Source of the DNA: a virus
Lineage: Duplodnaviria; Heunggongvirae; Uroviricota; Caudoviricetes
Reading direction: 5' to 3' (one strand)
DNA: 64,000 bases
Virus record (IMG/VR): IMGVR_UViG_3300025659_000002
Coordinates: 1 to 64,000 of that record
The notes under the pieces were generated by a model. It worked only from the letters and a program-made list of their open reading frames with translations, had not been told where the DNA came from and did no database searches. Below are positions 17,207-26,424 of the stretch, one piece after another. Position 1 is the stretch's first letter; each line of letters opens with the position of its first letter. The translations under genes and the position numbers were made by a program.

Positions 17207-17552
17207 CTTCTGTTTCCTTTTGTTTTTGTTTTTGTACTAGTTTACATACAGCTTCGTATTTTTTAGGCTCTTCTTTAGCCTCACTATAGTTACTATAAAC
17301 TCTTTCCATTTCTTCTTTTATTTCTTGTGCAGTTTGAATGTTGTTGAGAATTTTAATAGGGCCGTCATGCTCAATTCGAATTGAACCGATACAAGGTTCA
17401 CCCCAACCTTCATCCATATGTTCTTGATCTAGTTCAGCTAATTTTTCACTTTCCATTAATTGTGGATAAGCACTTCCATCCCCACCGTTTTGTACACTGT
17501 ACCATATTTTAGTTATCATTATTGTTTTTTTTTGATTTAGTTTAGTTGACAT
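17199..17552 (-). CDS. hypothetical protein (117 aa)
   Basis: ORF track. Confidence 0.45.
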   Translation of the reverse strand: MSTKLNQKKTIMITKIWYSVQNGGDGSAYPQLMESEKLAELDQEHMDEGWGEPCIGSIRIEHDGPIKILNNIQTAQEIKEEMERVYSNYSEAKEEPKKYEAVCKLVQKQKQKETEDD

Positions 17553-17841
17553 GCTCTCTAGTATTTAGAATAGCTTTTACATGTTTAACGAAGGCTTCCC
17601 AATCATCACTTAACTTCTTTAAAGCCTTAGCTTCTTCATCTGTTACATTTTTATAACTCGATGTAACAACTCCATCCTTGTCTTCATACCATAGAACTTC
17701 GCATCTGAATTCGCAACAGTAAAACATACAAGTTTTTCGTAGCTTATTTCGAATCGATTTATAGTAAGATAGTAGGCGTTTAGTATTCAATTTGTGCAGC
17801 TGTTTATCAGTCAGTATATTAATTTCGTCTTGTAATTCCAT
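17542..17841 (-). CDS. hypothetical protein (99 aa), Cys-containing
   Basis: ORF track. Confidence 0.45.
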   Translation of the reverse strand: MELQDEINILTDKQLHKLNTKRLLSYYKSIRNKLRKTCMFYCCEFRCEVLWYEDKDGVVTSSYKNVTDEEAKALKKLSDDWEAFVKHVKAILNTREHVN

Positions 17842-17860
17842 AGGTTTCCTTTTTTGATTG

Positions 17861-17933
17861 CTGTAACGACGAGACTCGAACTCGCAACCACTGCATTAAC
17901 AGTGCAGCGCTCCACCAATTGAGCTACGTTACA
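17861..17933 (-). tRNA. tRNA-Asn (anticodon GTT)
   Basis: TGTAACG-TA-GCTCAATTGGTGGAGC-G-CTGCA-CTGTTAA-TGCAG-TGGTT-GCGAG-TTCGAGT-CTCGT-CGTTACA-G; all stems pair. Confidence 0.7.
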
Positions 17934-17944
17934 GATTTAATTTA

Positions 17945-18196
17945 TTAGGTCATTTTTGGATAATCAATGGAAGAGGCGTGATACTTACCAGCTAAAACAT
18001 CCAGTTTTTCCATTTCAAAGCTTACTTTTAATACTTGATGAACTGGATAATAACTCATAATTCCATTTTCAACGTTACGCCATCCTTCTGTTATTATTCT
18101 ATGTGCATGCTCTCGAGCCACTGCTGAATCACTTACTTCATACTTGAATACTCTTCCGTCTTGCATATACACATTTATTGTAATTGACTTTTTCAT
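17945..18196 (-). CDS. hypothetical protein (83 aa)
   Basis: ORF track. Confidence 0.45.
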   Translation of the reverse strand: MKKSITINVYMQDGRVFKYEVSDSAVAREHAHRIITEGWRNVENGIMSYYPVHQVLKVSFEMEKLDVLAGKYHASSIDYPKMT

Positions 18197-18425
18197 TTTA
18201 TCTTTTATTGGTTGATTTTGCTAAATAAGCCTCTTCATCTTCTTTCCAGTTTCCTGTAAGCTCTGGATAAATTTCAAAAAACATTCCTGAATTTAATAGT
18301 TTATCATAACCTTCTCGAAGATTATCCATTAACTCTTCATATCTTTTGGCAACAGCGTCATCTACTGTATGCTCATGATTATAAACAATTATTTTTTTTC
18401 ATTTGGTTCCTTTTTAATGGGGGCG

Positions 18426-18496
18426 TGAAGGCGGTAGGAATCGAACCTACGTCGGCGGCTTAAAGGGCCGCTGCTAAACCACTCAGCTACGCCTCC
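18426..18496 (-). tRNA. tRNA-Lys (anticodon TTT)
   Basis: GGAGGCG-TA-GCTGAGTGGTTTAGCA-GCGGC-CCTTTAA-GCCGC-CGAC-GTAGG-TTCGATT-CCTAC-CGCCTTC-A. Confidence 0.7.
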
Positions 18497-18582
18497 ACAG
18501 TTTTTATATTATGAGTGTTAATATTAATAGTAGTGCTACAAAATGTAGGAACTGGTCAAAACCTATAGTATTAAACATAAAC

Positions 18583-18897
18583 CTAATTTTGTTTAAAGCA
18601 AATGCTTTTTTTTACTATTCTACTAGTAACAGCGTCTATCCATAAATGTGACATAAATAATAAAGACCAGCATAGCGCTGCATTTCCTAATGAAATAGTT
18701 ATTATTGTGCCAAGAGAGGGCGCTAGCATTATAAACGCCGTCAATACAGTGGCATATACTACACAATGTAAAATTAGAATGCCCCAGTGTTCATGTTTTT
18801 TTGAAGCCATTTCCTGTGTTTGAAACAAGAAATCTGCTACCCAATGAACTAGCAATACAACTAGTATTATGTGAACTGTAAATGTTGTAGTTAACAT
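18583..18897 (-). CDS. membrane protein (104 aa)
   Basis: ORF track; multiple TM helices. Confidence 0.45.
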   Translation of the reverse strand: MLTTTFTVHIILVVLLVHWVADFLFQTQEMASKKHEHWGILILHCVVYATVLTAFIMLAPSLGTIITISLGNAALCWSLLFMSHLWIDAVTSRIVKKSICFKQN

Positions 18898-19076
18898 TAG
18901 CAGCCTTTATAGTGGGAATCGTAACGTTCTATAAACGCGGCTAACCACCCTGCTAATAAAAGGCAGCCCGCTATCGTAATAGGAGTACTAGGTAGTATAA
19001 TTCCTCCAGCTATTACAAATACTCCTGTCAAGAAGTTCAGTAGTAATCTTAATGCTCCGAAAAATTTAAAATTCAT
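18897..19076 (-). CDS. small membrane protein (start trimmed to MNFKFFG)
   Basis: ORF track 18897..19178; the upstream part overlaps tRNA-Cys. Confidence 0.35.
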   Translation of the reverse strand: MNFKFFGALRLLLNFLTGVFVIAGGIILPSTPITIAGCLLLAGWLAAFIERYDSHYKGC

Positions 19077-19124
19077 TTTGTGTTCCTTATTATTTTTATT
19101 AATTAAAATACTTATCGTAAGTAT

Positions 19125-19201
19125 TGAGGGATGAGTCGGATTCGAACCGACACAGTCCAGGGTTGCAGCCTGTCGCATTAACCAATTTTGCTTACCATCC
19201 C
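19125..19201 (-). tRNA. tRNA-Cys (anticodon GCA)
   Basis: GGGATGG...CAGG-CTGCAAC-CCTG...GTCGG-TTCGAAT-CCGAC-TCATCCC-T. Confidence 0.65.
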
Positions 19202-19278
19202 TAATTTTTTATCTAAAAAGAAAGAGGGCGGATATTGCACCGCTCTCTTTCTAATCTTTTAAATGTGGCTTCTAGTAT

Positions 19279-20238
19279 CTATTCAAACAATACTTTTAAG
19301 ACACCATTTCTGCTGGTCATCATTATGTTGGTCGACGGTGTTACCGCTTTCTCCAACGTTTCCAACGATTTCACAAAATTATAAAAGTCTGGATCTGCGC
19401 CATAAGCTTCTGCGTAGATCTTGGTAGCTGTTGCATCAGCTGTACCTTTAATCATCTCAGACTCATTATAAGCCTCAGACATTAGATTTTTTATTTTGTT
19501 ATTTCGTCTTCCAGCTAATTCCTGTCTCTCTTTCTGCCCCTGGGCGCGATATTTCTGAGCAATTCGTGACTGCTCTGAAACCATTCTATCCTGTATCTTT
19601 TTCTTGACTACATTGGTAAAATTTACCCGTTTCAGCTGAACGTCTATAATTTCGATTCCTAATTTACGTTCGGCTAGTTTTGATTGAGCCATTGCCAGGA
19701 TTTTAGCCACAATTTCGTCTCGGATTCCTGGTTGCATGAAGCTGGACTCGGTGCCCTGATCTTCAGTATTTGTATCTGAGGTTTCCTGCGAACGTAACAC
19801 CATCTCCCGATTACTAGACCGTACAATTTGAGACATTACATGCTCAGCAATTATGTCACGTGAGCTACCATCTATTACATCATCAATTCGAGATTGTGCC
19901 TGGTTTTCACGACCACCTACAGCTTTATGATATTCCTGAGGATCACTAATTCTCCATCTGGCAAATACATCAATAAAGACATATTTATTATCTTTTGTAG
20001 GTAATTCTTCGGCATCCCCATCCCATTCCAGAATACGTTTGTCATAAACATGCTTATTCTGAATGTAAGGAATCTTCAGGTGAACCCCTGCGTCAGTAAT
20101 CGCTTCGCCGCGAATTTTACCAAACTGAGTAATCACCACTTGTTCTTTTTCATCGATAACGTATAAACCGCTAAAGAATCCAAAAAGCAGGAACATAAAG
20201 AGGAATATGAAAGCCCCTTTTTTAACTGTCAATTCCAT
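19279..20238 (-). CDS. hflC: HflC-like SPFH/band-7 membrane protein
   Basis: N-terminal TM helix then YVIDEKEQVVITQFGK...; SPFH domain; coiled-coil C-terminus; partner gene directly upstream. Confidence 0.65.
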   Translation of the reverse strand: MELTVKKGAFIFLFMFLLFGFFSGLYVIDEKEQVVITQFGKIRGEAITDAGVHLKIPYIQNKHVYDKRILEWDGDAEELPTKDNKYVFIDVFARWRISDPQEYHKAVGGRENQAQSRIDDVIDGSSRDIIAEHVMSQIVRSSNREMVLRSQETSDTNTEDQGTESSFMQPGIRDEIVAKILAMAQSKLAERKLGIEIIDVQLKRVNFTNVVKKKIQDRMVSEQSRIAQKYRAQGQKERQELAGRRNNKIKNLMSEAYNESEMIKGTADATATKIYAEAYGADPDFYNFVKSLETLEKAVTPSTNIMMTSRNGVLKVLFE

Positions 20239-20240
20239 AA

Positions 20241-21164
20241 CTAGTTGCCTCCCAAATTAAAGTGTGGTAGTGCTGAAATGTTTTCATCAATAAACCAAAC
20301 GTTTTCTGCTGTCGGTAGAATTTTCTGCATTGTTTCAAAATATAAACGGTCCTTAGTTACCTTAGGATTTACTTTATACTCATTATATACTGCAGTAAAC
20401 CAAGCTGTGTTACCTTTAGCTTCGTTAACTCTTTCGATAGCATAACCATTTGCTTCCTCAACCAGTCTTGCCGCTTCACCTTCAGTTTCTGTTACCTGCT
20501 TGGTGTAGTCTTCCCTGGCCTCATTAATAGTAGTCTCCTGCGTTTGCTCAGCAGAATTTACTTCTTTAAAGGCAGCCTGAACTAGCGGAGGTGGATCAAC
20601 AGTTTTCAACTGAACCAACTCTACGATAATGCCGCATTCATATAATGTTAGCATATCCTGCAGGTGAGTCTTGGCCGTATTGGCTATAGCTACACGATCT
20701 TTTTGTAATACTTCATAGAAGGAGCGATCCCCTACCATTAAACGCATTACACTTTCCGAACCGTCTCGCAAGAGCTCTTCAGGGTTTCTAGTGGCAAACA
20801 AATACTGATAAGGATCATTAATCTTATATTGTACAACCCATTGTAGGTACACAATATTTAAATCCCCTGTCAGCATTTCTGATTCTTCGACGAATCCGCT
20901 TTTGTTGTAGTTGGTATTTTTACCAGCAGATACAGTTCTAAATCCAAATTCGGCTTTATATTCATACTCAGTTCTCACTTTGTATGCTTCATCAATCCCG
21001 AACGGAATCTTAAATTGTAGTCCTCCAACAGCGGTAGTACTATTGTACTTCCCCAAACGGAGCACGACTGCTTGTTCATTAGCGTCTAGCGTGTATGCAG
21101 CTGAGAATGTACCCCAGAGCACTACAACGACTATAGCTATTAAAATGCCTAGCGCTTTGTTCAT
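20241..21164 (-). CDS. hflK: HflK-like SPFH/band-7 membrane protein
   Basis: N-terminal TM then YTLDANEQAVVLRLGKY; SPFH domain; E/Q-rich coiled coil. Confidence 0.65.
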   Translation of the reverse strand: MNKALGILIAIVVVVLWGTFSAAYTLDANEQAVVLRLGKYNSTTAVGGLQFKIPFGIDEAYKVRTEYEYKAEFGFRTVSAGKNTNYNKSGFVEESEMLTGDLNIVYLQWVVQYKINDPYQYLFATRNPEELLRDGSESVMRLMVGDRSFYEVLQKDRVAIANTAKTHLQDMLTLYECGIIVELVQLKTVDPPPLVQAAFKEVNSAEQTQETTINEAREDYTKQVTETEGEAARLVEEANGYAIERVNEAKGNTAWFTAVYNEYKVNPKVTKDRLYFETMQKILPTAENVWFIDENISALPHFNLGGN

Positions 21165-21167
21165 GCG

Positions 21168-21359
21168 TTATCCTTTTTCTTTTGTTATGGCGTCTTTGAG
21201 GCTAGCGATTTGTTCTTTCAGGCGGTTGCCTAATTGTAAATCCCCTAGTTCTCTTGTTAATTTATTTACTTTACGAACCTCTTTTGGTACTAAAGCATAA
21301 TATAACATTATGACTATCAGTAGTCCAATAATCCCTCGTAAAAATAGTAATCCGAACAT
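21168..21359 (-). CDS. small single-pass membrane protein (63 aa) upstream of hflK
   Basis: ORF track; one TM helix plus coiled-coil tail. Confidence 0.4.
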   Translation of the reverse strand: MFGLLFLRGIIGLLIVIMLYYALVPKEVRKVNKLTRELGDLQLGNRLKEQIASLKDAITKEKG

Positions 21360-21367
21360 GTATGTTA

Positions 21368-21895
21368 CTACTCCTTATCTAAATATCCCGGAAGGTTATA
21401 AGTCTTTATTAATTTTAGAAACGCTTCCAAATTACCCATAGCGTCATCGATAGAGCTATGTGTATGAGGAGTATCTCTCAGGTGTTTGAAGTTTTCAAAA
21501 GGAGTTTGAACCAACCCTTTAAAAAGACTTCCTAGGTTTGCACTTGAGTGCCCAAAGGGATTTATCCCTAAGTACTTATGACAGTAATAATTTATGAACT
21601 GCCAATCATGCCCATTGTTATCAGATATAAACATCGGCCTTCCTTTTGAAGTTTCTTTTACAAACTCTGCTAAAGTTTTTATAGCTTCTTCAGGATCTCC
21701 GTATCCAAGAGTTTCTTCCCTAGTTACCCCTATCTTTTCTAAAGCTTCAGGTTTCCATAGGTTAGTAATAGGCCTTAGGCGCTCGTGGACGGACTCGTCC
21801 TTCGCTTCCGTGACCCTTATTGCTGCAAACTCTACCATAGAGAATATTCCAGGGCATTCCCCGTCAGACTCTATGTCTATCATGAAATAACTCAT
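21368..21895 (-). CDS. DEDD-family 3'-5' exonuclease (DnaQ/oligoribonuclease-like)
   Basis: Exo I MIDIESDGE, Exo II FISDNNGHDWQF, Exo III HSSIDDAMGN. Confidence 0.6.
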   Translation of the reverse strand: MSYFMIDIESDGECPGIFSMVEFAAIRVTEAKDESVHERLRPITNLWKPEALEKIGVTREETLGYGDPEEAIKTLAEFVKETSKGRPMFISDNNGHDWQFINYYCHKYLGINPFGHSSANLGSLFKGLVQTPFENFKHLRDTPHTHSSIDDAMGNLEAFLKLIKTYNLPGYLDKE

Positions 21896-21901
21896 ACTAC
21901 A

Positions 21902-22198
21902 CTACTCCTTGTATTTTAACGTGTCTACTTCGTCTGGAATCCACCAATCGTAGTAATATTCATTATCAAACTGAACGTGATTGACCCACAAGTTGTACTC
22001 GCGTGCAGCCATCTCCGAACTGTTTTCCATTTTATGATGAACTAGGTCTCTAGATATCCATATACTGGCAAATAAACAGAATACTGCTATTAACTCCCAA
22101 TATATAGCTTCTGTTTTCCATCTTGGTAATCCAATTGCTTGAAAATACCACGGTACTAAAAAACATATAACTAGAAATCCTACTATCCATGATAACAT
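21902..22198 (-). CDS. membrane protein (98 aa)
   Basis: ORF track; 2-3 TM helices. Confidence 0.45.
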   Translation of the reverse strand: MLSWIVGFLVICFLVPWYFQAIGLPRWKTEAIYWELIAVFCLFASIWISRDLVHHKMENSSEMAAREYNLWVNHVQFDNEYYYDWWIPDEVDTLKYKE

Positions 22199-22219
22199 CT
22201 TAACCTCCTTCCATTTTTC

Positions 22220-22456
22220 TTAATTCTTTAAAGCTTCGCCTTTAATTATTTGTTCTATAATCATTCCAGAATATTCTTCATCCTGATTTACAACCCAATA
22301 ATTAGGTGCTGCTTCTCTTCCTGTTTTCTCTCTATATTTTTGTATTTTTATTATTATTGCCTGCAGAACTAAGCGTTCATCAGGCTCTAGACCTTTGTCA
22401 ATATCTTCAGTTTTCAGTATTAGGAATAAGTTGTCTTTTATGTTTACTGTACTCAT
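22220..22456 (-). CDS. hypothetical protein (78 aa)
   Basis: ORF track. Confidence 0.4.
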   Translation of the reverse strand: MSTVNIKDNLFLILKTEDIDKGLEPDERLVLQAIIIKIQKYREKTGREAAPNYWVVNQDEEYSGMIIEQIIKGEALKN

Positions 22457-22477
22457 CGGTCTAGATGGTTAGTTGTT

Positions 22478-22675
22478 TTATGCTTCTGCCTCTATTCCTG
22501 AGCTGGCAGTTGCTCGTTCGATACTAATTGTATCTATTGCTTCTCCGTCGTCTAAAGCTATAGCAGCCCTTACTAACGACTCAAGTTCGTACATGGTTAC
22601 CGGTAAACAGGCTCCCAATCGATCTTCTTGATTTTTATGATGCACTACTTTTAATAAGTTTTGCATTAACTTCAT
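22478..22675 (-). CDS. hypothetical protein (65 aa)
   Basis: ORF track. Confidence 0.35.
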   Translation of the reverse strand: MKLMQNLLKVVHHKNQEDRLGACLPVTMYELESLVRAAIALDDGEAIDTISIERATASSGIEAEA

Positions 22676-22697
22676 GTTATCTCCTTTTTCTTATACC

Positions 22698-22949
22698 TTA
22701 TTTATTGTTATATTTTTGGCGTTCGCTGTTAGCTAATGCCGAGTATCTACTGGCATAATCCATTGAAAGTTTTTCAGATACGAAACTAGCCATATTTAAA
22801 TGTTGAGAAAAGGAAACCATCTCTTCTCCAGGAGTAAACCAGAAAACTCTAACTTCTAAGATACCGTCTGCATTTTTTCTAAGAGAAAGCTCTACTCTAT
22901 CTGCCTTTGTAAGTTTAAGAATTTGTTGAAGAGGCTTTATGTCGTTCAT
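22698..22949 (-). CDS. hypothetical protein (83 aa)
   Basis: ORF track. Confidence 0.4.
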   Translation of the reverse strand: MNDIKPLQQILKLTKADRVELSLRKNADGILEVRVFWFTPGEEMVSFSQHLNMASFVSEKLSMDYASRYSALANSERQKYNNK

Positions 22950-23296
22950 AATTTTACATCTCTCAGGTTTTGTCGTAAGATATCTCCTAAAACTACAACA
23001 TAGTAAATAGTAGTATCCTCAAATAATATTTTAGTGTTTATCCACTTGCGAGTTACATAACTAGAGGCATCTTCTTTATAAGTAGCATAAGATACCCCCA
23101 TGTAGAACATCACCTCATCGAACTCTACCGGGATAGTGCCGGGTTCTAACTTCATAAGGACTTCTCCACATTTAGGGAGAAATTCTACCTTATATTCTAA
23201 GATTTCACCTTTTACTATTTTTCTTAATATTTCAGCATTAGTATAGATCATTAGGGTTTTGTTCATTCGTTTTACAAAAGTCATTGGGGTGCTCAT
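22946..23296 (-). CDS. hypothetical protein (116 aa)
   Basis: ORF track; 4-nt overlap with the upstream gene. Confidence 0.45.
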   Translation of the reverse strand: MSTPMTFVKRMNKTLMIYTNAEILRKIVKGEILEYKVEFLPKCGEVLMKLEPGTIPVEFDEVMFYMGVSYATYKEDASSYVTRKWINTKILFEDTTIYYVVVLGDILRQNLRDVKL

Positions 23297-23541
23297 TCGG
23301 AACGGATCCCTCCCATTTTGAAAAAGTCTACATTACTTAACCCGGTAAATTTGAAAGAATCTCTGTCTTTTTTCGAGTATTTATCGCAGACATAATGTTC
23401 CATTTCATCAACAAACTGGTTAAAATCCATTTTGTTGAAATAGTTTATAGTATCAATAGCTTCTTTTAATTCGTGAAAGTTATGTTTTATTTTTCTTATT
23501 GCACACCCGCCTTTAGTTGTGCGAACTATTTCAGTATTCAT
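23293..23541 (-). CDS. hypothetical protein (82 aa)
   Basis: ORF track. Confidence 0.4.
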   Translation of the reverse strand: MNTEIVRTTKGGCAIRKIKHNFHELKEAIDTINYFNKMDFNQFVDEMEHYVCDKYSKKDRDSFKFTGLSNVDFFKMGGIRSE

Positions 23542-23839
23542 GAGTTCTCCCCTTTTGCTTATTATATGGTTCTTTCAAGTAAAAAAAATCACCTAATTCT
23601 GAACATTTTCCTTTTTCTGATTCGGTATAGCAGCATGTCCTATGATATTTATGTTTTTGATATTTCGTATGACACACACATTCACAGCTTTCCCATTTTT
23701 CTTTTGGTTCTGGTATCTTATCCACCAACCATACCACGAAAGGAGTTTCCCAATAAAAATTACCAGATTCTCCGGCTTCATATTGAGCTCTTACATTTTC
23801 CTCTCTCAAATACTGTTCCATTAGTTTTGTTAATTTCAT
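23531..23839 (-). CDS. Cys/His-rich metal-binding protein (102 aa)
   Basis: CECVCHTKYQKHKYHRTCCY cluster. Confidence 0.45.
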   Translation of the reverse strand: MKLTKLMEQYLREENVRAQYEAGESGNFYWETPFVVWLVDKIPEPKEKWESCECVCHTKYQKHKYHRTCCYTESEKGKCSELGDFFYLKEPYNKQKGRTHEY

Positions 23840-24096
23840 TCTTTCTCCTTCGGCTTAATAGACTCAGCAAGCCTCTTGCCTAGATCTGTAGCGCATCTAA
23901 CTATGTCGTTAGCCATAATATCTAAATACTGTTGAGTATAATTCTCAGGAATATTAAAACAGAATGATTCGTCCTCTTCGTTAACAAAGGATATTGTACC
24001 TTCATATCTATCATGTCGTTTATGTTCTTTCTTTTCCCAACCATATCCTTGTTTAAACCTGATACTTATATTATCAAGTTTCCAATTATTTTCCAT
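23836..24096 (-). CDS. hypothetical protein (86 aa)
   Basis: ORF track. Confidence 0.4.
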   Translation of the reverse strand: MENNWKLDNISIRFKQGYGWEKKEHKRHDRYEGTISFVNEEDESFCFNIPENYTQQYLDIMANDIVRCATDLGKRLAESIKPKEKE

Positions 24097-24109
24097 TATT
24101 TCTCCTTAT

Positions 24110-24295
24110 TTAGGGTTTAATAGCAACATACAAATCTAAGGCTTTATATATTATTTCGCCTTCTTGTAAATTCGCCCTCACCTTTTCTTCAATATTGCCC
24201 CACTCCATAAGATTTTTATAATTGTATCTTTTGTCATGAAAGAAATTAATACTTTTTAGCAAATCTTTTTCAATCTGTGTTAAATCATTTTTCAT
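24110..24295 (-). CDS. hypothetical protein (61 aa)
   Basis: ORF track. Confidence 0.35.
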   Translation of the reverse strand: MKNDLTQIEKDLLKSINFFHDKRYNYKNLMEWGNIEEKVRANLQEGEIIYKALDLYVAIKP

Positions 24296-24478
24296 TTAGT
24301 CTCCTCCAGTTTCTCTGGTATACTGTTCATATAGGCAATCTAATTCACCTGCTGAAAACTCACAATCTAACTGAGTTGTCGGTCCATAATGACTTAGATG
24401 CCCTTCTTCTATTAACCATTCTATGAAGTCTTCCATTGTTGTTAGGTCCCCTTGATAAAATATGTTTCTTTGTGCCAA
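24296..24478 (-). CDS. hypothetical acidic protein (60 aa)
   Basis: ORF track. Confidence 0.35.
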   Translation of the reverse strand: MAQRNIFYQGDLTTMEDFIEWLIEEGHLSHYGPTTQLDCEFSAGELDCLYEQYTRETGGD

Positions 24479-24681
24479 TATGGGCTTTCTTTTACAACAC
24501 TTCGATTTTTTTGTTTCTTAAAACATTTTTCACATACCCTGTGCTTTTTTGTAGCCATTCCAAAAGTCCAATAGATCCAGCTATGCCAGCAAAACCACTT
24601 TTTTCGTTGCTTAGTATGTAAAATTAGGTCGAGCTCTTCTCTAGTTAGTCTGTAACTTGTTGGGGTGAAATCAATTACCAT
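24442..24681 (-). CDS. small zinc-finger protein (79 aa)
   Basis: CWHSW...HRVCEKCFKK. Confidence 0.4.
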   Translation of the reverse strand: MVIDFTPTSYRLTREELDLILHTKQRKKWFCWHSWIYWTFGMATKKHRVCEKCFKKQKNRSVVKESPYWHKETYFIKGT

Positions 24682-24817
24682 ACTATGCTCCTTTATAATA
24701 GTTTTTCATCTGTTTATCCATTTTCTGTAGGGTCGTGTATAATTATTGAGTTTCCTTCACTCTTTGTTTCAACTACCATTCCTACACTTAATTCTAATTT
24801 CATTTCTTTTTCACTCC

Positions 24818-25537
24818 TTAATTATTTTCTATTAAATATACATGTTTTTCAATGTAATCTTTACCCCTAGCTGAGGCAAACACTGGGATATTCATATCTG
24901 GGTGGTTATTGTCTATACAGTACCCTTGTCGTCTTAAACTAGAGAAGTCATCAAAATTAATTCCTATCTTTTTGGATAGAAGATGTTTTATATTCTCAAC
25001 ACTTCTCATGTGAAGTTCTTTCTGAGAGAAATGCTCTCTTCCTACCATCTGGACAGCGTTGCGTATAGCATCTTGTTGTCTCCAGATATAATAGTTTGTC
25101 ACTTCATCTTTTGCCAAATTAAAAGCTCTAGCATCAAACTGCACTTTTTCGCCAGTTATTGAATAAAAGTTAGTGCTTACGATAGCTGCTGTAATTGATA
25201 CTATTTTCTGTATGGAATTATTGAACCACGACTGTGTGTTATGAGTTTTATAATCCGTTAATAAAAAACTGATCTCATCAGATTGACCATAGCAAAACTT
25301 TGTTGACTGCATATCTTCCATAGAAGCCCTAGCAGTTTCCATCATATTTGCAGAGAATCCGGTAGACCATCCTCTTCCATATAATTTTCTTGTAAGAGTG
25401 TGAAACGCTCTACCGTCTACTCTTATTATTACTGGCATTCTTTTGTGAAGCTTGTATTTATAGGTAGCTTCATAATCTTTCATACGATCACCTAGTGGGG
25501 TTCCGTCTCCCATATTATTTAGTCTCCTCTTTTTCAT
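24818..25537 (-). CDS. Thg1-like 3'-5' nucleotidyltransferase (tRNA-His guanylyltransferase family)
   Basis: PVIIRVDGRAFHTLT (RxDGRxF motif) and YGQSDEISFLL (catalytic SDE); 239 aa. Confidence 0.65.
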   Translation of the reverse strand: MKKRRLNNMGDGTPLGDRMKDYEATYKYKLHKRMPVIIRVDGRAFHTLTRKLYGRGWSTGFSANMMETARASMEDMQSTKFCYGQSDEISFLLTDYKTHNTQSWFNNSIQKIVSITAAIVSTNFYSITGEKVQFDARAFNLAKDEVTNYYIWRQQDAIRNAVQMVGREHFSQKELHMRSVENIKHLLSKKIGINFDDFSSLRRQGYCIDNNHPDMNIPVFASARGKDYIEKHVYLIENN

Positions 25538-25724
25538 CTACGAACTTTACTTGAAAGTTTTTTCCTTCTACTTGTTTAGTGTGTTCATCACATACATAAA
25601 GGAAGCCTATTAAGTGGTTATCTTTATTACGATGCCCCACCATGTGGATGTCCTTTCTAGTTGAAGAGCATATACAACAACATAGAATATAATCTTTTCC
25701 GCTGTTGTTTCCTACTTTACTCAT
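25515..25724 (-). CDS. Cys-rich small protein (69 aa)
   Basis: CCCICSS...CDEH cluster. Confidence 0.4.
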   Translation of the reverse strand: MSKVGNNSGKDYILCCCICSSTRKDIHMVGHRNKDNHLIGFLYVCDEHTKQVEGKNFQVKFVDEKEETK

Positions 25725-25800
25725 TGTTTTTCATTGTTGTTTTCCTTTTTAGTTAAAAATAGAAAGAGGCGCACAGAATTATCTGGCGCCCCTAATTATT

Positions 25801-26424
25801 CTATAGTAATCCTTGTCTTTCTGCGATTGCTATAAGTGTTTCATTTGGTACTTTACGATTTCCTATACTCAATCCTGTGTCTTCAAAGACTATTACGTCG
25901 CCGTCAAGGAATATTAATGGAGTTGTTTTAACATCTAACACTCTGGAACAGAAGCCAGCTCTAAACAAATGACCTCCCTCTAATCCCGATTGTAATAACA
26001 CATCCATGGCGTTTATACCGCGGTAATAACGTGGACCCGACACCTCACATACCGTTGTAACAGTTTCTATATATTCGTCCATGTATCCATGCCAACTACG
26101 CCATTCTTTATCCGCATGAATACGTGCGAAATCGCCTTCTCTGAAAGCTACTCCATGAGGAGCTTCTGCTTTTATTCCATTTTGATTAAATAATCCCTGT
26201 AGTCCTGAATCAAGTTGTACTCCATATATAGTAATATTTTGGTCCTGGGGATTAATTGCTGAATCCATAATTATTCCCAAGTCACCATTAGCTCCTACTG
26301 AGTGGTATTCCTGGTATTTATCGAGACCAAGTTTTCTCGCCATTTCTTCATAGCCACTATATTGTTGCCCAACGTGGGTTATAGACACTAAAGTATTTTT
26401 AGGGATTATATTATAGTCAATCAT
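25801..26424 (-). CDS. paralog family A member 1 (C-terminus ...ERQGLL)
   Basis: Shares its C-terminal RQGLL tail with the next two genes. Confidence 0.5.
   Translation of the reverse strand: MIDYNIIPKNTLVSITHVGQQYSGYEEMARKLGLDKYQEYHSVGANGDLGIIMDSAINPQDQNITIYGVQLDSGLQGLFNQNGIKAEAPHGVAFREGDFARIHADKEWRSWHGYMDEYIETVTTVCEVSGPRYYRGINAMDVLLQSGLEGGHLFRAGFCSRVLDVKTTPLIFLDGDVIVFEDTGLSIGNRKVPNETLIAIAERQGLL

Noticed and set aside
1794-21300. Plus-strand ORFs antisense to minus-strand genes (1794..1991, 6897..7100, 8702..9079, 9311..9658, 9766..9996, 11369..11938, 15336..15653, 20911..21300 and others)
   Set aside because: They lie fully inside longer, functionally recognisable minus-strand genes and show low-complexity composition.
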